DNA of 64,000 nt from Syncephalis fuscata S228 (Eukaryota; Fungi; Zoopagomycota), in the NCBI GenBank assembly GCA_025786725.1, contig JAHLTZ010000034.1:62001-126000 (forward strand), written 5' to 3'. The number at the start of each line of letters is the position of its first letter. Position 1 is the first letter of the stretch. The position numbers and the translations under genes are program-made. The notes under the pieces were generated by a model. It had not been told where the DNA came from, did not search any database, and saw nothing but the letters and a program-made list of their open reading frames with translations. Below, piece after piece: positions 12,648 through 24,695 of this stretch.

Positions 12648-14102
12648 CTAAGTTTCCATTACATCATTGCCACTATGCTCGGCCGTAATAATACTCATAC
12701 ATTTCCATTCATCAGCATAGGTCGCTACAATAACACCATTATTAACATTATAATATACCATTAATCATAGTACTTACCTTTCCATAATCTTACTTTGCCA
12801 TCATCACCAGATGTTGATAGAATTGTACCAGTGATGTTCCATTCTACTCGCCATACCTATTGATGATGATGATGATGATGATGATTAACAATCGCCATTA
12901 GTTATTTTTAATAATGAATCAACCAAATAGTACCTCAGCATTATGATCGACAAAGTTGGCTACCATTTCAACTTTGTATCGGCTTTCACTATCGCCTGTA
13001 TTCTCGGTTAATTTGTAAATGCGTACACGATGATCTTTGCATGCTGTAGCAATCAATTGATAGCTCCTAATGAATACACATAATAGAATTAGTTTTAAAC
13101 AATTTAAGTAAATAAATAGAAATACACTTACCGACCAACATTCGGTGCCCATGCCACATCATGTACCACACCTTCATGGCCACTTAATTCTTCACGAGCT
13201 TGCCATTTACCATGCTGATTCATTCTAAAGATCTAAATGAATATATTAGTCATGTAGATAGATGACACGTTTCTATACTACCTTGCAAGTGTGGTCCCGT
13301 CCACAGCCTATTGCCAGTTGTGGTGGTAGAAACTTTGATGGACACCAAGAAAGACAGTAGTTTCCCTCGGCTTCTTTACTTGCACCGCCTACCGACACGT
13401 CAAACTCTTCGGTAAGTGTCCAGTGTGAAAGATTAACTACTTCCATTGCTTCGTAAATACGAACACATCCATCAGCAGCACAAGTGGCCTATTAATTGGC
13501 CATAAAAATGAGTCGTTATTATTATACACACAGATGCTGTAGGCAGTATCGAATGGGTGCGATAGCACTATATAATTTACTTACCAATTGAAGGCCGTGA
13601 TGATGTGGTGCAAATTCAATATCTTGTACAGAGCCGCGACTATCGACGAGACGTGCTCGTTCAATCCAGCGACGACCGCTGTTCTTTGGCTCTACACACC
13701 GCCAATACACAACAATAAGGAAACAGCACGTATAAACTATTGTTGCTTACCGTAGTCTTGTTCCTCCCAGATACGTACGGAGCGGTCGAATGAGCATGAA
13801 GCAATCACTTGGCCGTATTCAGGATGGCCCCAACAAACGCGCAATACTGAGCAATCATGAGCCTACACGTCATTGATTGCGTAACGGCCATCGTTAGTCT
13901 ACGTATCAGTGATTGGCTGCATTGTACTTTAGCAACCTACTTTCCAGCTATCATTGGGTTCCCAGCCTGTTTCCTCGTCGAAATCCCATACTTTAAGTCG
14001 TTGGTCTGAACTACACGACACCAATCGACGACCATAGAAATCATAGGCAATATCATGTACAAGATCTTCATGATCTGCGTCGAATTTAGTCACTTGTTGC
14101 AT
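12648..14102 (-). CDS. SEH1: Seh1 WD40 nucleoporin / SEA-GATOR2 subunit (multi-exon)
   Basis: [117 protein letters not shown]. Confidence 0.93.
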
Positions 14103-16046
14103 CGTTAGTAGATTCAACGATGACTACGAATAGCAAAGAAAAGGGCAAGGAAAATCCACGTAGTTGGAATAATAATAATAACAAATAAAATATTAAATAT
14201 TAAATACTCCACTGTGATCATGATTGGTGTATAAATATTTGGCTCAATAGGAACTTATACTCTTAATTCTACGTACTTTTTACAAAATACACCTTAATAC
14301 ATTTGGATACATAAATTGCATATTCCAACTGTAAAATAATATAATAAATTGCTAATATTTAAACACATTTAACAATTGCTAGTTGCATGCTGATTAGTAT
14401 AGTATTAAAATACTTTCGAATTCCAGTACATCCTGGTTGATCTCAATGGTGCTCTTCTCTTGGCTCGTTTGAGCGCATTTGAACAGCACCAAGCATTCCT
14501 GGAACGAGTGATTATGCACGATTCAATATAATGTTGCAACTGCTGCCAACAAATAATTATTTTCATTTTATTTTACAATTTATACTAAAAATTAACTATA
14601 ATTAATAAAAAATATATTACTATGGAATAGAATGAATAGACAAACGACAATATATGAATAATAATAACGAAGCTATAATGTATGTGAATGAATAAAAGCA
14701 ATGAACTAAATGAATTGAAATCTATAACAAATATAGCTAGTAATAGAGGCTTTATTAGTAGTGTACGCTCAATATATAGGCTAGTATTAATCAGCAGTAC
14801 CGTTTTCAAGTAACTAATATTAAGAACACGTAAATTTTAACAAAATGTAGCAGTATTGATTTACAAATGTGAGGAAAAGACGCGTGTTTAAATATAGACT
14901 GGTAGGGATTATAGTCGAAGAATGCTCAAACAACAACCAGTCACAAATATTGCTGCCGGTTACAATACACCTATTTAAGACAAATAGCGCAAAATATAAA
15001 GGCCAGCGCAGCTCTATACAACTACTGCTGACTATTTACCAGTAAAAAGTATTAAAGAGTGAGATTGTTCAAATGGTGGGAGATTGCAAAGAAGGCAATC
15101 AGTGGAAGATACAGTGTATATAACCGCCACAGTCAATGTACTAGCAATTATGCACACACAGCAGCCGTACATATTGGCCATATACTGCCAAGATTACTGT
15201 ATGCCTTGTTTTTACTATAGAATGTTACTGCAAATTGTTTTGGCAAAATAGTAGGCTGTGTGCTTTTAGTATAGCCGCTGAACAAGTTTTTAGCGCCAAT
15301 ACAATAGTGCGATCTGCAATGGTATTTATAGTAAAAACAAAACATACAACGAAATTTGGATGGCACATATTCAACATAACATAAAAACAAAATCAGAAAT
15401 GCTTTTATTAGGTTAATAAAAGTGCCAATATTAATGATTGGAGTAATGAAGGTCAGATTACAAAATAGCAATGCAAAGACATAGTGTAAATAGTGTTTAT
15501 ACTTGAATAATAGTCAGTCAACTACTGACACTATCTATGTAACATATATGAAGTGTACAAGTATATAGTATGTATATATGTTATCAAGTGTGAAGAAAGA
15601 GAAAAGAATGTGATGACGTAGATTGTGAGATGTGAGCCTGTCAGTCAATATTTATAAACAGCGAGTTTAATTGATTAATAAATGCAATGTGCAATAATAA
15701 AAGTCTATCTACCCAACATGTTGGTACATCATAGAACAGATTAATAGTAAATGAACAAATGCATTAAAAATAAAAGCCATTTGACATCAAAACTACTCAT
15801 TATCATAGAACATGTTATAAACAAAGTAATAGATTTAGTTAAAGATATGAGTCATTATTATAGAACTTTAAAACAGTAGAGCACGTCACATACTGGAAGG
15901 TGAGGTGAGGGCCAATGTTTTGAGAAGAAATAAAAATTTCACTACTCCTGCCTTTTTATATTCACCGTCTTCGCAATAGCAATAGCTGTAACTCATTGAA
16001 TGTTCATTAATTAGCTGTCCACCTGTTTCTGGTCAATAACACAAGC

Positions 16047-19000
16047 ATGTTGGACACCAGTCAGTGGATTCCAGCCGGCTTGGTAGTTGTTTGTCACCCT
16101 CATATCAATGATATATCAACGGGCACGCTATGGGTCTGTAGCCTGTCTAGTAGCAGCGACCACCAAGAAGATAATGATATTGTTGGTGCTATAGACTGTT
16201 TGGTCAGTAGAGGCTACGTCCAAGCAATCATTGATGCACCAGTTGTCGATAATGGCCGGCAGGTACAGGTTTGGCTGGCACTGACGGGCTTTGTAGCCGA
16301 AGTGGCTGGACGACCTGTAGCACCTATTCGACAGCGTAAAATAACATCCTTGCAGTTACGACAATCATTTAGTACGCTCTTCTACTATTTAGATACGGCA
16401 CAAGATCTCCGGGTAGGATATAAGCGATAAAGATCTGCAATAATGAACATAATGGCTAATGCTGTAACAATAGAAAAAAGAAAGCTTAATTGATCTATTC
16501 CATGCATTACCATCGCCTGCTGTGGACGAACACGTCTACGAACAAGCAGATGAGTATACTTGTCGATTGTTAGAAGAGACGGGCGATGACTACTTGGACG
16601 GTATGAAGACACAGCTATACGGCTATCAAAAAGTAATTTATTAATTATACAACATGCAAATCATCATTAATCATAATGGTATAGCGTTCATTATGGAGAA
16701 TGATTCGACAAGAAATGTGCCCTGGCCGACTTATCGAGCCCAAGGCTATAGAACTAAAGGATGCTATGGAAAACCTTATTACATGTCAATACCAACGTGG
16801 CGTTTCTATCGCGAGCTCACCTTCTACGAACTAACTCGTGGCGGTATTATTTGCGAGGATATGGGCACAGGCAAAACATGTATCTGTTTAGCACTGATTT
16901 TACATACAAAAAATCAGCTATCTTGGCCGTCAGATCAGCTAATTACCTGTGAATTAACAGATATTACTGATGCGACTATGGAACAGCGTGGTCCGTCATC
17001 ACTGATGGAGTTGCTAGCTATTAAAATTGTTACTAATAATCTGCCATATTGGGATTCAAGCTATGGGCTTCCTATATCATTACTAGACTACATTCGTCAG
17101 TACCCACCTTATTATTACCGACATGAGGACAATTTGGGCAAAAGAAAAAGAGTTGAACAGCCTATAGATCGACTAAAAATATATTTGGCATCGACAACAT
17201 TGGTTGTTGTGCCAGCTAACCTTATTGATCAGTGGTGCAATGAAATTAATAAGGTAAGAATTACTGCTAGTAGATCTACTGAGTTAATACAAATTTACAA
17301 ATATCAATAGCATGTAGAAGATCTAAGCTGCCGTCTATTGGTTGTTTCGCACCAAAAAGCAGAGTTGCCCGCGGCTAAAGAACTAATTCAGTACGATATA
17401 ATATTATTGAGCAGTTCACGATTTGCAGCTGAGTATAATAAAGGCGGATTTAAATTTACAGGTAGAAATCAATATTGTTATCGTTAGTATTAATGGGCTA
17501 ATAGCTTGCTGAATAGGCGTGCCACTTGCATGTCGATGTTCCTACAGCGGTGCTAGTATGGTGATTGATTGTCACTGTGATAAAGAATCGACATATATAT
17601 CACCACTACTGCAGGTACATTGGAAACGGCTTATTGTCGATGAAGGACACGTAATGAGCTCCACAACATCTGATCGAACATTGCTGGCTGCGAAATTGAC
17701 CGCTGAACGACGATGGATTGCCACAGGCACACCTACCCAAAACTTGGCTGCCACAGTGAACCGTGCTGAGGCGGAACGCGACGACATGAAGCGGCTAGGA
17801 GGACTAATTGGCACGTTTTTACGACAGCCTCCATTTAGCATCCACATGAATAGCTGGCAAAAAAGAGTAACAAAGCCGTTTTTTGATGGTGAACTAGGCG
17901 CAGTAGATCGAGTACGTCGTATTCTGTACTCGCTACTTATTCGTAACCGACCTGAATCTATTTCATTTGATATACAATTACCTCCACTACACGAACGAAC
18001 AGTAACGCTTGAATTTACATCTGTTCAGCGTACCACGTATAATACGCTAATAGCGCTGCAGCACTTAAACGCTGTGCTTACAGAACGTGCCGAGCGTGAC
18101 TACTTTTTTCATCCGGCCAACAGGAAGCCATTGGGTGAAATGATTTCAAATTTATGGCGAAGTTGCTTCTGGTTTGTACCAACGATACTTGGTCGTCTTA
18201 ACGAGGCTATTCATCATGCGGAGAAAGGGCTGGCCCGTGCTGAGGCACGTGGCTATTCAGAAGCAGATATATTGTTATTAAATCAAGTACTTAAACATTT
18301 ACGACAAGCGGTGGCAGACGATCGTTGGATTCAACTGTCACAGGAGCAAGAGCTAGGCGTGATAGTCGATGGACTTTCCGCGGATGTCCACCAATTGCTA
18401 ATTCATAATTTAAATATGAAGTGCTGGCCACAGGATACTAATATGGGCATCCCGTCTCGATATTTGATACCACTGAATTATTTGCGACGATTTCAGCTAC
18501 TTGCTTTAGAGGCTCAAAAGCAGTCAAAAAAGGAAAATGAGACAGCTAACATGACAATAACATTAGATCTAGATGATAATAACAGTTTGTTAAATGAGTT
18601 GGGTGAAAAGACTGATATTAATATTAGCGAAACAAAAGCAAATAGTTTATTAGAAGAAGAAACAGATATAGGCACAACCAATACTGTATCACTAGATAGC
18701 ATACTAAAAGAAACGCCACCAAAAGAACAGAGATCGAATGCGGCATTTATACGCCGTAGACACAATAGACAACGCCAGGAACAAGAACTTGCGCTGGTTA
18801 AGCCGCATTTGGAAACGCTACACTCCACGACTATAGACTCGTTAACAAGCTGTAAACTAAATTATCTGATGAGCCGTATTCTTACGCACATTGGCCGAGA
18901 AAAGTGTATTCTTTTTACGCAATTTAACAATGACATGTACTATATTTACGAGACTCTCTGTCTATTACGTGTTCGCTGTCTACTTTATCACACGCAAGGC

Positions 19001-19772
19001 ATGGTAAGCCATAAAAACAATACTGCACATATAGTAAAACCAGTGTTTATAGTCACAAGCCGAACGATCTCGCAATATCACAACATTTAACACAAGTAAC
19101 CAGATCTGGGTAATCATCATGGACACCCGATTAGCTGGTAGGTTGTAGTGCTATTGATTAAATCGTACGCTTACAACATTGCATTACAATAGCCTACGGT
19201 ATTGACTTGTCTTCCGCCTCCCGTGTTTACTTTGTATCTCCCGTTTGGCAAAATGCCATGATGCGACAAGTAAGCTCAATTGGCGTTGTTGGTTTAATTT
19301 GATGCTAACGAACATTACTAGGCGGTAAAGCGTGCACATCGTATTGGACAAACACGTCCGGTGTATGTAGAAACATTAGTGGTACGCGGCACACTCGAAG
19401 AAGCCATTCTACAACGGCGTCATGAAATGGCCAATACCGGTAAACCAACCCAATGTATTAATCTGTTATTTACTAATTGTTGGCCATTTTAGTACAAACA
19501 TCAAATATAACAGATGATGGTGGTATACGTCGCATGCTGAGCAATGCTTGCTTTATTGATGATGCTAATATATCAGATACAACTGCGCTGGCATTACCTT
19601 TACTACATCAAACTATCATTCCACTAAAGATACAACATTTACACTGTCGGATCAGCACCAACATATTGATATAGCCGTTGAAGTTGAGATGGAAGAGATT
19701 GAAAACAAAAACAGAAATGAAGGTAAACACAAGGAAGAAGGCTCGATCAAGCAAGTACGATTTGCAATGTAA
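16047..19772 (+). CDS. SNF2-family (Rad5/Rad16-like group) helicase/ATPase
   Basis: RGGIICEDMGTGKT, TLVVVPANLIDQW, WKRLIVDEGH, ATGTPTQN, YGIDLSSASRVYF, QAVKRAHRIGQTRPVYV; apparent frameshifts near 16765 and 19640, so the 3' end (KQVRFAM*) is inferred. Confidence 0.85.
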
Positions 19773-20565
19773 AACAAATAAATATGCTATTTCTATTTGT
19801 AAGATATTTGATAATAAAATAAATAAAACATGCTCTTTAAAATACAGCATGTTATATTTTACTAACCATAATTTTGTTAATAAGATTGTCTTTTTGCTAC
19901 CTATTAATTATGTTATTTGTAAATTTTGATTTGTCTCAATCATATATATATATTTGCGTATGCATAAATATGCCACCCTTTATTACAACAACATGTAATT
20001 TCTTTGGTTATAATTTATATCTCTCTCATTCAATGTTCTAAAATTTCAAAAAAGGAGATTTTAAAGTTTTAGATTACAACTAAATATTTTGCTATAAATA
20101 GCAAAATAAAATAAGAAAATACAACTTCAAGCGTGTCAACAATCTTATTCGTCAAGCTATTGTTTTCAACGTCACATATTAGTAAATTGTTTACACGCTG
20201 TTAACTTGCACGCTGACATTTGCTTTATGTAATATACTGAAACATATGTTAGAATAGAAAATGTTTTACTATATTTAATAATTGACACCATTTAACTTTC
20301 ATGACAATCTACTGATTGCTATGCAAAACCGCAGAAATGCTGTCGTCGTATCAATTCTGAAATGTCTTGCATTACTACTATGTACGCTATGCATTTACAT
20401 TTTGACACATTGGGATTTACATAGGATTTGCATAGGATCATCATGCTGGGCTGGTTTGCTTGCATTGTACATCGCGCTTATATAAACACAAATAATGATT
20501 AGCTTTGTATCGCCATTATCGCATTATCGCACATTAATCGGAATTATTTACATATACACATTAAA

Positions 20566-21477
20566 ATGCTGGCTTATTTCGCCAATCGTTTACACTACAA
20601 TATTTCATTTGTTTGGATATTCATCACTGTTTTATCCGCTCTTGTCGCACAAACTCAAGCTGCACCTCATTCGTTAACTGATGCAACTGATAATTATGGA
20701 TCTAATACGCACACGCACGGCTCTCATAAAGGCTGTTGCTCTCGTGGCGATTCGTCTATCAATGACAAGTTTTCCTCGCCAGTAGCGACTTATGCTACAC
20801 TTTTTAGAAGAGTTGAGTCGAATCTAGGACCAGGTATTGTTCTGACCACTTGTACGGTGCCCGACTCTTTAGCAATTACCTTTGATGATGGGCCAGGCAT
20901 GAGCACAACCAGCGTACTTGATGCGCTAAAACGCCAAGGTGTTAGTGCAACCTTTTTTGTCAATGGTAGAAACATTGGCGATCTCTCTCAACCTCAAGAT
21001 GCCCAAAAAGTCAGACGCGCCTATGACGAAGGCCATCAAATTGCATCTCACACGTTTTCTCACGCAGATCTAACGACGCTTAGTGAGGAGGGGATTAAGC
21101 AAGAAATGAATAGTCTTCAGGATTTAATTAAGGGAATCATTGGTAGAGGCGTCACCTACATGCGTCCACCATATGGCAACACATCGCCAACAGTTCTCTC
21201 AGTTCTAGGTCGTCTCGGCTACTATGTTGTCAATTGGAATCTTGACACCAACGATTGGCGCCATCCAACCGATTCGGAGGCTTCACTACAAGAATATCGT
21301 AGTGCTATAGACAACGGAGAGCCTGGTGCGTCATTCATTGCTCTACAGCACGACATTCAACCTGGTACCAATGGTCAATACGTCGAGAGGGTCATAGCCT
21401 ATGCTCGGTCGCAAGGCAAAAAACTTGTACGCATCGACGAATGCTTTGGAGCTCCAGGTACCGCTTATCGCAACTGA
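20566..21477 (+). CDS. Secreted CE4 polysaccharide (chitin) deacetylase, intronless
   Basis: Hydrophobic N-terminus; all five NodB motifs present: TFDDGP, HTFSH, RPPYG, DTNDW, LQHD. Confidence 0.92.
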   Translation: MLAYFANRLHYNISFVWIFITVLSALVAQTQAAPHSLTDATDNYGSNTHTHGSHKGCCSRGDSSINDKFSSPVATYATLFRRVESNLGPGIVLTTCTVPDSLAITFDDGPGMSTTSVLDALKRQGVSATFFVNGRNIGDLSQPQDAQKVRRAYDEGHQIASHTFSHADLTTLSEEGIKQEMNSLQDLIKGIIGRGVTYMRPPYGNTSPTVLSVLGRLGYYVVNWNLDTNDWRHPTDSEASLQEYRSAIDNGEPGASFIALQHDIQPGTNGQYVERVIAYARSQGKKLVRIDECFGAPGTAYRN

Positions 21478-21846
21478 GCTGCCACTTTCCTGTGTGGATT
21501 TACATGACTATAATTAATAGAAATTACTAAACATAAGACTGTCATGTCAATTACACAGTTTTACTAAACCCAATAATAAGATTTGTCTGCTAAATATAAT
21601 AAACAGTTTGGTTGTTAGATATTATAAATGAATTGTATAATATAAACAAATTTGCACTATCAAAATGATAACAGTACAGCCATCATAAAAGTAATAATTT
21701 TATTTCTAATAACCACGACAGTAGCAAGAATATATTACTTTTATTTATATTACTCCAAAACACCGATAGAATGCTAGCTTAGAATTTAAACTTAAAACTA
21801 TCTCCAATGCTACAAAAGTATATGCGCATCAGAAGCGTAGTATTAA

Positions 21847-22797
21847 TGTAATTAAGTGGTAAAATGGCATGGTGTTTGAATTATAAACAATAGAAATAAT
21901 TAATCAGTAAAATGTTGTCAAGATTACGTATAACTTTACGTATAATAAAGTAAACTGCACGATATTTTGCACAAGCATGCACATAGTCTATAGGTAACTA
22001 TTGACAAAGTATACCGCTATTGTGTTGAATAATGATGCAATAGCAGCGATAATACACTAATAAGTGTATAAAAATAGCAGTTTCTTACCAGTCACAACTT
22101 GTATACTTAAATACAGCAAAATAATTAGCAGATTCAGATTCTCCATGCTTGGATGAACAGGATGGCATGATCTATAGAACAATGATTTTTGCAACAATAT
22201 TTAGTCAAAAATGCGATTTACGTATTATTAGTTAGCGAAAAAGCGATTAACTTGATGATTTTACAATCTCATATTACAAACAAATTTGGACTAAAGTAAA
22301 TCCAAACGTTCTACAATACTATAACATCCTAATAGCAGGTTGATGTGCAGGAATTCCGATGCGCTACGGCAATCTATGTCATATGTATATGGTACAACAT
22401 AAACCTTCGTTAATTGGCCATACGTAAATCGCATTTTTGACTAAATATTGTTGCAAAAATCATTGTTCTATAGATCATGCCATCCTGTTCATCCAAGCAT
22501 GGAGAATCTGAATCTGCTAATTATTTTGCTGTATTTAAGTATACAAGTTGTGACTGGTAAGAAACTGCTATTTTTATACACTTATTAGTGTATTATCGCT
22601 GCTATTGCATCATTATTAACACAATAGCGGTATACTTTGTCAATAGTTACCTATAGACTATGTGCATGCTTGTGCAAAATATCATGCAGTTTACTTTATT
22701 ATACGTAAAGTTATACGTAATCTTGACAACATTTTACTGATTAATTATTTCTATTGTTTATAATTCAAACACCATGCCATTTTACCACTTAATTACA
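21847..22797. repeat. Long near-perfect inverted repeat: arms 21847-22225 and 22420-22797, 194-bp spacer
   Basis: Arms read as reverse complements over ~379 bp with one substitution and one 1-nt indel seen. Confidence 0.95.
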
Positions 22798-23599
22798 CTA
22801 TAATCACCTTTTTAAAATGGCAACAGCTATTAGAGATAGCAGATGTTACATTTTCATCACGGCCATAGCTAATTAAAACCAAGACATTCGTGTAATTAAA
22901 GTAGCTATAGCTGAGCATATTTGTCATAAACAAATAATAATAATACTGTTACAGTTCTGATTTAGAAGCTGTATCTTAGATGACCAAGTAATGCTTTATT
23001 TCAATGTTAGCTTATAATGCTAGCCTTTAATGTTTGCTAATCCTTAAAAACTAAAATAAACTATATTAACTAATATTAATCTGATATTAAATTTATTTGC
23101 CATTGATCATAAATTACCACAGTCAAGCTATAATAAACAGAATAGTTTGTATGGGATTAAATGGAAATAGGGTGGAATTAAAAACCATCGTCTTTACTAA
23201 TATCGAATAAATCTATTACTTTATAATAAATATAGCTCATAATAAAACTTGAAAATGTTGTAGCATTTTATACAATTGCTCATATCCTTATAATAATTGT
23301 TTGTTGCTAGTAATTAGTGTTAATATTCGACGTATGTAAAAGTGTGGGAAAATCTACTAAATTACTATTGCCAAATATGGGCATAGCATAGTATTCCTTG
23401 TTAATATTTATCATATTTATCATATACATTTAAACAAATAGCACCGAGTGTTATTTTATAGCCTTATTAAATAAAGGTTTAGTTATATAGATAATTATAA
23501 ATATAACAATAAATACCAGGTTTTATTGATATTCAATCAGACTGTGCAATAATAAATATTAATTTTAAAAGCAGTCACAGTTTATGTATATATATGTAT

Positions 23600-23936
23600 A
23601 GGCTGTGAAACCTTCGGGTTGGATTGTTGGCAATAATCTGTGACCGCTGCTGCTGGTGGGACCTATTCCCGGATGGCTAGAATAGCGTATAATACAGGGT
23701 CAAATCTAATTTCGTTCACCACTGCGTAGACGGTTGTGTCCGATGAAGTGCGATGTCGGCATTGGCTTATCCGCGGAAGCGTCTATGATGAGTCAAGGCT
23801 GTTAAAGAGGCGGGCAATGCGTGAGGCTGGCTAACAGAGCAGCGAAAACCGTCCGCATCGGTCACGGTCAGCGGGTGGCACACCTGAGCAATGGTACTCT
23901 ACTTGTAGGGTCATTGGAATAAATTAGACCTGTTTT
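23600..23936 (+). ncRNA. Signal recognition particle (SRP/7SL) RNA
   Basis: Helix-8 motif GCGTGAGGCTG-GCTAA-CAGAGCAGCG (23819-23844); helix-6 CGC-GGAA-GCG; long-range pairing of TCTAATTT (~23705) with AAATTAGA (~23921); UGUNR motifs near the 5' end; TTTT terminator; 5' boundary approximate. Confidence 0.88.
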
Positions 23937-24695
23937 ACGATGAACTGTCGTTCGAATTTTTTTATTTTTTTGGCTAAAACATTTGCGCATTTTTTTGCTA
24001 GTTGTCGCGCCTATGAACGACTATGTACATCAAGGATTACCACAGCTGCTACGCTTGTGTCCGTTTTCATACTTTTTACGCACTATTTTTATGAAACAGC
24101 GATGTATTTACTAACACACGTCATCACTAATGCTTTGTGCCATTTTACACACATTCTTACCATATTTATAATCAACAGTGACGTACTCACTATTGTACAT
24201 CACTAAAGTACTTGTCGGTAAGGTTATAGTCGTCTTAATACGATCATTAACCGCTCATTAACCATATAATCGGCCATATCAATACTAAGGCACCACATGG
24301 TCAGTATTGATATAATTGCTTGATTACTTCTTTTCTATTATTTTTAACAAAATATCGTTTTATTATGTACCTTCTATTATTTGTACTAAAAGTTAAACAT
24401 TAACATGAGCAGCATAGCTTATAGACACGCTGCTCTACAACTAGGTAAATCATACATTTTGACGCCAAAATTATAATAAAAATAGCCATTTTCTTTTTTA
24501 ACTTTTCATTTATACATCTGAGCATTCTTGGCCTTCTAGCGATACTGGAAGCTCCGAGAATAGCTGCTACGTATAACGGTCTTTATTTACTTTATTTTGT
24601 TACGTGTATTTTCGTAACTACCTTACCAAATGTAAGGCTATATTCCTACACTTTGCTCTATCCCGTGTGTATGGCAACATTACAGCGCGTTTTGA

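Noticed and set aside
14425-14465. Minus-strand AAGAGAAGAGCAC...AGGATG resembling U6/U6atac snRNA
   Set aside because: Lacks the ACAGAGA/AAGGAGA box and the correct spacing to the AGC triad
14820-15480. Hydrophobic broken frames on the minus strand, including ORF 15148-15471
   Set aside because: Possibly a decayed membrane-protein gene, but no family motif could be recognised
24400-24445. GAGCAGC/GCTGCTC hairpin followed by ACA as an H/ACA snoRNA
   Set aside because: Too short, with no upper stem and no partner hairpin or H box
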